Below, in pieces: positions 56,058 through 64,000 of a stretch of 64,000 nucleotides of DNA. Position 1 is the stretch's first letter. Every line of letters begins with the position of its first letter. A program made the position numbers and the translations under genes. Source of the stretch: the human T2T-CHM13v2.0 reference genome, Homo sapiens; assembly GCF_009914755.1 (NCBI RefSeq), contig NC_060928.1, one strand, 5' to 3'. The notes under the pieces are model-generated. The model did no database searches. It was not told where the DNA came from and saw nothing but the letters and a program-made list of their open reading frames with translations.

Positions 56058-57349
56058 CACACAAATAGTATATTTATGAATCATTATTTTAAATTTAGTA
56101 TAAAAACCATAAAGCATTTAAACATAAATATTATGATAAAATAGCATTAAGGACAGTGGTATCTACTTTAATCCGTACCCTTACAGGTATCCTTAAGCAC
56201 ACAGAAAAAAAGTAAGAGTTAAAAGTCAATTTATTAAATCAGCAGTCTGTTGATTTTGCTGCTTGCCTGGCCTGGCATTGTCTACCATGAATATGAAATA
56301 CTTCACTGTATTAATCGGGTAGCGGCAAATATAGTCTGTATCACAATTCCTGAGAGATAATTTAATTCATCTTTTATGAAAACAATAAAGGTTTTTCCTC
56401 TTTAATGTTTGATTCAAAAATGGGACTATGTACTCTATACATAATGTAGTCATAACAATATGAAAAAAATATGTTATATACAGAATTGTCATATTAATTC
56501 TATTTTTTCCTCCACTGAGGATCCAATAAGGCCCATAATCACAGGCTGCCTGTTTCAGTCTGAATTCTTCCTTTCTGCCTTTGTACAAGTTCTGCTGCCT
56601 GTCTTCCGATGAAATGGCCAGTTTAGTCTTCCCCGAGGGCCACTTTTTTGTGTTAGGATGGTGATTGCTCAGACTATACCTACTGCATGTATCCTACTGT
56701 CAGATTTTAAATAAAAGAATACCAATTATATTGCTAAAGAAACTATATCTACCCAATGTACTGTGAAAAAATGCCCTCCCCTAATTCCAGGTACTAAGAA
56801 TTGGTGTCTCACTCAGACTTCTCACGTGCTAATATAACACTGCCTGTGGTTTCCATGAAATGATGTTTTTTATATTCTCTGTCACAGGGCAGTAAGAGAA
56901 CTTCATTATATTCCACTATATATGGTATAAGAAGTAACTTTCTAATGGGGTCTGAGCTGAAATCAGATTCTGCACTGGGCAGAAATAATATAATTCAACC
57001 CTTTAAGTGCAATACCATTAAACAACCTCCTTTAGGCAATAGGAGCCATTTCTGTTTAATCTTATCCTCACTATTATTATTGCTACACTCAAAAATCCCT
57101 ACCGTCAAAGTTACATGCTTATTTCGTGGTACGACATTAAAGCAGATAAGTCATTTACAAAGCAGTCAGATTGTCAATTACCAGACATTTATCTTTTTGC
57201 ACTTCTCAACTTTCAGGTGCTCTTCTCCTCAAGTTATTTTACAGTATTTCTATAATCATTGTGCGAAAAACCTTTAGAATCTTTGTCTCTGTTGAGTAAA
57301 AAGCCCTATGCCTATCCTAGTTACCTAAAAATAATCATACATTCAAAGG

Positions 57350-57850
57350 AATCTTTCAAGTGAGTGCATATCTACAGTGTCCAGAATATATTACAAAGCT
57401 CAGGAAAAGGTCTGGACTACAGACACAAATTTGGAAAACATCAGTGTGTTGGTGGCAATTGAAACCAGGAGACTGGTCAAGGAGTGTATGCTTTTTGGTG
57501 AATCATATAGAGAAGGCAAAAATAAAAGCATGAACAATGGAAGAGGTGTTCATAAGAGATACAGAAGTATAAAAATAAACCGTGAAAGCATGTTACTATG
57601 GAAACTAAAGAAATAAATAGTTTCAAGAAGGATGAAACATGCAATGCTGTCACATGACACAGCAAGAAACAGTGTAATAAGGATTGAAATTACTATTTGG
57701 TTCTGGCAATTGAGAGAGTTTTGATGACCTTAATGAGAATGATCTCCATAAGATCAAAATGTAAGACATACTGCAGTGGGCGAGTTAAGGAAGTGGAGAC
57801 AAGGCATGCGGGCCATTTCAGAAATTTGAGTGGTACGAGTAGGAAGTAAA
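57350..57850 (-). mobile_element. L2 fragment, antisense
   Basis: gctcaggaaaaggtctggact...atttggaaaacatcag, tttcaagaagga, gatgaccttaatgaga. Confidence 0.65.
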
Positions 57851-58124
57851 TTCTATCAAATAGTCTAAATGATCAAAATACTAGAATTAGCATGCAAATG
57901 ATACTCTGAAATTGAAATTGTTATTTGAGGGAATAAAAGAAGATTTTGACCAAAAACTAGTGAAAGTTGATGATAAAGACCCGTCTGCCTGGTCTTCATA
58001 AAGCTTCCTTACGAAAGTTGAACAACTCATATAATGAATTATAAAAGTATTTTGTAATATTGATTTACAGTTGGGTTTTCCTGGGTGAGTGTATCAGAAA
58101 AATAAAGTCACAATAGAATTAAAG

Positions 58125-58350
58125 TTTTTGGTGGGAAGGTAGTTGAGATGACCAATCAAATGCAATGACAGCAAATGCATAACTCATATAGCATTTAAAA
58201 TGGGAAGAGCTATTCTTATCCTCCCCTAACAGACAAGAAAACCAAAGCACAGAGAGGGAAACAAGTTATACAGGATTAAATAGCTACCAAGTTACAGAGC
58301 CAGGATTTGAACCAAAGTCCAAATCTAGTGTCTCTGTTCTTAAACACCGC
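58125..58350 (-). mobile_element. MIR/MIR3 fragment, antisense
   Basis: acagacaagaaaaccaaagcacagagaggg...agttacagagccaggatttgaacc. Confidence 0.65.
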
Positions 58351-58419
58351 AGATGGATTCCTACATTGTGGCTATAATTAGTTTAAATTAAGTTTGAGTA
58401 GTTTAATCAGAAAAATATA

Positions 58420-58810
58420 ATGTATTAAAGAGTGGGTCAGAGTGCAAGGCTTGGAAGTTGTGCAAAAGAGAAAAGCCCCTAGGATCACCCTGCAAAGCTG
58501 TGCAGGTGAGGTACACAGATGCCTTGGCACAGTGCAAACACTTCAGCTCACACAGATTACATCACAGTGAGGGCCAACACTGGATATGGTTCCTATCAGT
58601 AGAACCTCTGGAACTGCCACCAATAAAACTGAATGTGGCTCATCCTACCCTTGACAGAAGAGAATCCATGTGGTGCCAGTTTTCTCGTCACTTTTTACCT
58701 TAATAATTTCCAATTTGGCATGATGCATTTGACTGGCACTGGCCCAGGGTGCATGCCTATGTAGTAGAGCCCAGGAAAGCAATTACTTGGCTTCTACAAG
58801 ATGGGCCACA
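58420..58810 (-). mobile_element. Possible ancient MLT1 (M/N-type) LTR relic
   Basis: tgcatttgactggc...gggtgcatgcct...ggaaagcaattacttggcttcta; weak similarity only. Confidence 0.3.
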
Positions 58811-58899
58811 GAGTACATTCGAGGGGATTAGCAGCCAAATAAAAAAAGGAAAAAAAAAAAGAAGAAACAGAAAGGCAAGTGCCAGCTTTGCAGGTGGTC

Positions 58900-59930
58900 T
58901 TGGCTAGGTAGGATAGAAAGGGAGCTGAGGGCAGCTGATCGAATGAAAGTAAATGTGGAGCTCAAGAGACTGTCCATGAGTTTAAAGAGCAGGTAGAGTG
59001 GGAGAGAGATGGCATGAGAACAAGGAGAAAAAGACACTATCAACATCAAAGAGTGAAATGTTTGAATTTAAGATGTGTAAAGTGGAGCTGGTCCAGGTGA
59101 TGACCAGACCCAGGTTTGGCTATGGAAGTATTTGCCAAAGTTATGGAGGTAAAGGTCATCACTTTAAAAAAACTACACATTTTAATACTCATTTGTTAGA
59201 TGTATTTTCTTCATGGACTCTGAGATCTCTTAAATGTAGGATGAAATTTCAGGATGAAAAAAGATGCTGTGGTTGTTCTCAAAGCCTTTAGTGAATGAAG
59301 TATACTGACTTTTGGGTAAGTACATGGCAGCAATGAGGAAAGGTAGGAAGTACTAGAATCTCATGGCAGGAGTCTCAAACAAGAATGAGCACTTACACAG
59401 CAAAGGGAAGCATTGTGTACAAATGACTGGCCTTAATTACCTTGTCATCCTGTCCCCAAACAATATCAGCTCTTTATGCGATATATTTTCTGGTCTCATG
59501 GAAAAGTTTAAAGCTCGAAAACAGCTGCACGGCAGGGATTGCCAGCATTCTTCATTCTTTATTTCTCTACCTCTTCCACTTATTAATTGGTCTATGTATT
59601 CATTCAGCAGATAGATATGTGAGAGAGAGAAAGAGGGAGAGAGAGAGGAGTGAGGATAGATAGATACATAAATGTATGTTAGGCTTTAGGTGTACCACCA
59701 TGGAGAAACAGATTGGGATACAAAAAAATTACAGTGCTATGAGAGGCAGTAAAAGAGAGGAATAATTTAGATTGGAGATTCAGCGATGACCTCCCTGAGG
59801 AGCAACAGTTCAGCCGAAACCAAGCGTGGAAAAAATGTAAGAGACGTCTAGATAGAGGACGCATAGCTTGGAGGCTTTTAAAGTGAGAAAAATGGTTTGT
59901 TTGAAAAACTGATTTAAATCCAGTGTCTAG
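58900..59930 (-). mobile_element. Scattered L2 fragments, antisense, with a (GA)n/GATA tract at about 59620-59665
   Basis: agtgctatgagagg, gacctccctgaggag, gtttgaaaaactga; patchy. Confidence 0.4.
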
Positions 59931-62271
59931 AGTATTTACGTTTGTGTTTTTCCTAACTCAAAAATTAGCTCTAAGTATCCTGTGATCTGAGACCACATAT
60001 ATACATAATCAAAGACTTTAGAATCATAGAATAATTTTTTTATAAATACCTTTTTATATAAAGTGAATATATTAATCACATATAATGTTATACAATATGT
60101 AGTAATATGTATATTAAGGGTATGAATTTATCTAGCTATACCATACATACAAATGTATCAGGGTTTTTGATTTACACACACACACACTCCCCACAAATTC
60201 CATTAGCTGGTTAGATGGGTTAGGTGATTCCCTTCAAAGGACAGTAATAATTTTGATAGTCTTTTAATAAATTATGTAAGAAATATATATGGTAGTATGG
60301 AGAAACGAGATCTCTTGGCACATGAATTGATTATTAAATCCCTAAGAGCAAGTATTTTTTTTCCGTAACAGTTTGTTGTTGTTGTTGCTGTGAATAAGGC
60401 AGGCAGACAAAAAAAAACATGTATGGAGTCACTAAGATAAGACAGGTAAAAAATTAATCAGAGAAAATACAAATACAAATGAATAATAACTCAATTCATA
60501 AAAGTTTTCTCTGAGAAAGTTAAGGGAGGTACAGTCTGCAAAATCGAAAGTTTGTGTGGAAAATCTCTTAGTACATCAAAGCTTAGCACTAATGTACTCT
60601 GAGGGGTGAATTCTGGAGAATGGTTCACTTCAGGAGTGGATTTTAATAACAATGAATCGTGGCTATTTGGAAGAAATGTCATTTGTGTTGGTCTGTTCTT
60701 GCATTGCTATAAAGAAATACCTGAAACTGAGTAATTTTAAAGAAAAAATGGTTTATTTTGGCTCACAGTTCTGCAGGATGTTCAGGAAGCATGGCACTGG
60801 CATTTGCTCCTGGTGAGGGTCTCAGGAAGCTTTCAATCATGGCAGAAGGCACTTGGTGGGAGAGAGAGAAAAAGAGACTAGAGGGAGCTCCCAGACTCTT
60901 TTAAGCAACGAGATCTCACATGAACACATAGAGCAAGAACTCACTCACTACCATGAGGTGGGCACCAAGACATTCATGAGGGATCCACCTCCATGACCCA
61001 AACACCTCCCACTAGGCCCCATCTCCAACATTGGGGATTACATTTCAGCATGACATTTGGAGGGACAAACATCCAAACAATATGATTCCACCCCTGGCTC
61101 CCAAATCTCATTGTCCCTCTCACTTTGCAAAATCCAATCATCCTCCCTAATAGGGCCCAAATGTCTTAACTTGTCTCAGCACCAATGCAGTCAAAAAGTC
61201 AAAAGTCAAAAGTCTCATCCGAGAGTCAAGTCAAGCTACTTCCACCCATCATCCTGTCAAATCAAAACAAGTTATTTACTCCCAAGATACAATAGTGGTA
61301 CAAGCATTGGGTAGATGTTCCCATTCCAAAAACAAGAAATTGTCCAAAAGAAAGGGGTAAAAGGCCCCACACGAATCTGAAATCAAGTAGTGCAGTTCTT
61401 AACTCTTAAAGCTCCAAAATAATTCTTAACTCCATGTTCTGCTTTCAGTGAACACTGGTGCAAGAGGTGAGTGCCCAAGGTTTTGGGAAGTTTCACCCAT
61501 TGCTTTGCAGGGTAAGCCCCTATGGCTCCTCTCTTGGATAGGAGTTGAGTGCCTGCAGCTTTTCCAGTCTTGGGATGTAAGCTGCTGGTGGCTCTACCAT
61601 TTGGGAACTGTGTGTGGAGGCTCAAACCCCACATTTCCCCTTGACCCTGCCCTAGTAGAGGATCCCTGTAGCAGACTTCTGCCTGGGCACCCAGGCTTTC
61701 CTGTATGTCCTCTGAAACCTAGGGGGAAACTGCCAAGTCTCTTTCACTCTTGCATTCTTTGTGCCTGTAGACTTAACACCACATGAAAGATGCCAAGGCT
61801 TATAGTGGCTTGTGTTCTCCAAAACAGCAGCTCAAGCTGTATCTGGGCCCTGAGCCATGACTGGAGCTGAAGCAACATATATGGGGAGAGCAGTGTCCTG
61901 AGGCTGCACAGGGCAGCAAGGCCCCGGACCTGGTCCCTGACAACATTCTTTCTTTCTAGTCCTTGGGGCCTGTGATGGATGGGACTGTCCTGAAGACTTC
62001 TGAAATGCTTTGAGGCCTTTTTCCCCATAGTCTTGGATATTAGCACTTGGCTTCCTTTAGTCATGCAAGTCTCTTTAGCAAGTCGTTGCTCTGCAGGCCA
62101 GTTATATTACAGTCCTATAAATGCTTTTTCTTTCTTTGCCACATGGCCAGGGTGCTTATTTTTCCATTTTGCGTATTCCATTTCTCTTTTAATTATAAGT
62201 TCCACATTTAAGTCCTTTCTTTGTTCCTGTATGTGAGTTGTAGGATGTTAGAAGCAGCCATACTGCTTCTT

Positions 62272-62614
62272 TTTTTTTTTTTTTTTAATACTTTAAGTTC
62301 TAGGGTACATGTGCACAATGTGCAGGTTTGTTATATATGCACACGTGTGCCATGTTGGTGTGCTGCACCCATTAACTAGTCATTTACATTAGGTATATCT
62401 CCTAATGCTATCCCTCCCCTTCCCCCCACCCCACGACAGGCCCTGGTGTATGATGTTCCCCTTCCTGTGTCCAAGTGATCTCATTGTTCAATTCCCACCT
62501 ATGAGTGAGAACATAAGGTGTTTGGTTTTTTGTCCTTGCGGTAGTTTGCTGAGAATGATGGTTTCCAGCTTCATCCATGTCCCTACAAAGGACATGAACT
62601 CATCCTTTTTTATG
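62272..62614 (-). mobile_element. 5'-truncated L1PA4/5-like 3' end
   Basis: Poly(T), tttaagttctagggtacatgtgcacaa...gtccctacaaaggacatgaactcatcc; short TSD cttctt. Confidence 0.95.
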
Positions 62615-62651
62615 ACTTCTTGAACTCTTTGCTGCTTAAAAATTTCTTCGG

Positions 62652-62973
<322 letters not shown>

Positions 62974-63765
62974 TCATCACTCAAGTTCAAAATTCCACAG
63001 ATCCCTAGGACAGAAACTAAATGCAATCCAATCTTTGCTAGGGTATAACACAGGCGACCTTTATTCCAGTTCCCAGTAACTTCCTCATTTCCATCTGAGA
63101 CCTCATTAGCCTGGTCTTACTATCTGTATTTCTATGATAATTTTCGTCACAACCACTGAACAAGTCTCTAAGACGTTCCAAATTTTCCTCATCTTCCTGT
63201 CTTCTGAGCCCTCCACTCTTTCAACCTCTGCTCAGTTCCAAAACTGCTTCCACATTTTCAAGTATCTTTACAACAACACCGTACTCCTGGTCCCAATTTT
63301 CTATGTTAGTCTGTTCTTGTGTTGCTATGTAGGAATACCAGAGGTTGGGTAATTTATAAAGAAAATAGGTTTATTTTTGCCCACAGTTCCGTAGGCTGTA
63401 CAGGAAGCATGGTGCTGGCACCTGTCCCTAGTGAAGGCCTCAGGAAGCTTCCAATCATGGGAGAAGGTGAAGAGGGAGTCAGTGTATCACATGGCAAGAA
63501 AGGGAGCAAGAGAGAAGGGAGAAGTCTCAGACTCTTTTAAATAACATGAACTCAGAGTGAGAGCTCACTCATTACAGTGAGGATGGCACCAACCCATTCA
63601 TGAGGAATCCATCCCATGATCCAAACACCTGCCACCGGGCCCACACTTCAACATTTGAGATTACATTTCAACATGACATGTGGGAGGACAAACATCCAAA
63701 CTATATCACCATCTACAACTTTTCTTTGCTATTAAAAGTATATGTTTAATATTGTTTTCTCAATT

Positions 63766-63965
63766 GGTACACATGAACATAAAGATGGAAATAAGAGACA
63801 CTGGGAATTCCAAAAGCAGAAAGGTAGGAAGAAGTGAGTTGAAAAATTACCTATTTGGTACAGTGTTCAATATTTGGGTGATGGGTTCACTATAGTCCCA
63901 AGCCCCATCGTCATACATGTAATCTCCCGTAACAAACAAGCACATATATCCCTGACTCAAAAAAC
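63766..63965 (+). mobile_element. L1PB4-like 3' end
   Basis: ggtacacatgaacataaagatgg...gttgaaaaattacctatt...tttgggtgatggg...gtaacaaac. Confidence 0.8.
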
Positions 63966-64000
63966 ACACACACAAAAACCAAACTTGTACACATTCAATA

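Overview
AT-rich primate (most likely human) genomic DNA, intergenic or deep-intronic, and largely made of decayed transposable elements. These include ten Alus or Alu fragments (J, S and Y types, several with intact target-site duplications), a near-full-length L1PA8-like LINE with an internal ORF1/ORF2 deletion, four short L1PA 3' fragments, and older L1M/HAL1, L2 and MIR relics. There are also two two-LTR MaLR proviruses (MLT1F-like, MSTB), solo THE1D, LTR47 and ERVL-type LTRs, two ERVL pro/pol relics and three Tigger-family MITEs. I recognise no host protein-coding gene, RNA gene, CpG island or CRISPR-like array; most listed ORFs are repeat- or microsatellite-derived and the rest resemble nothing I recognise. 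I do not find support for a novel biological system. The best leads are local DNA-repair or retrotransposition scars and a few candidate non-coding exons and enhancer-like unique islands. Repeat subfamily names come from remembered consensus sequences, and boundaries of old repeats are approximate.
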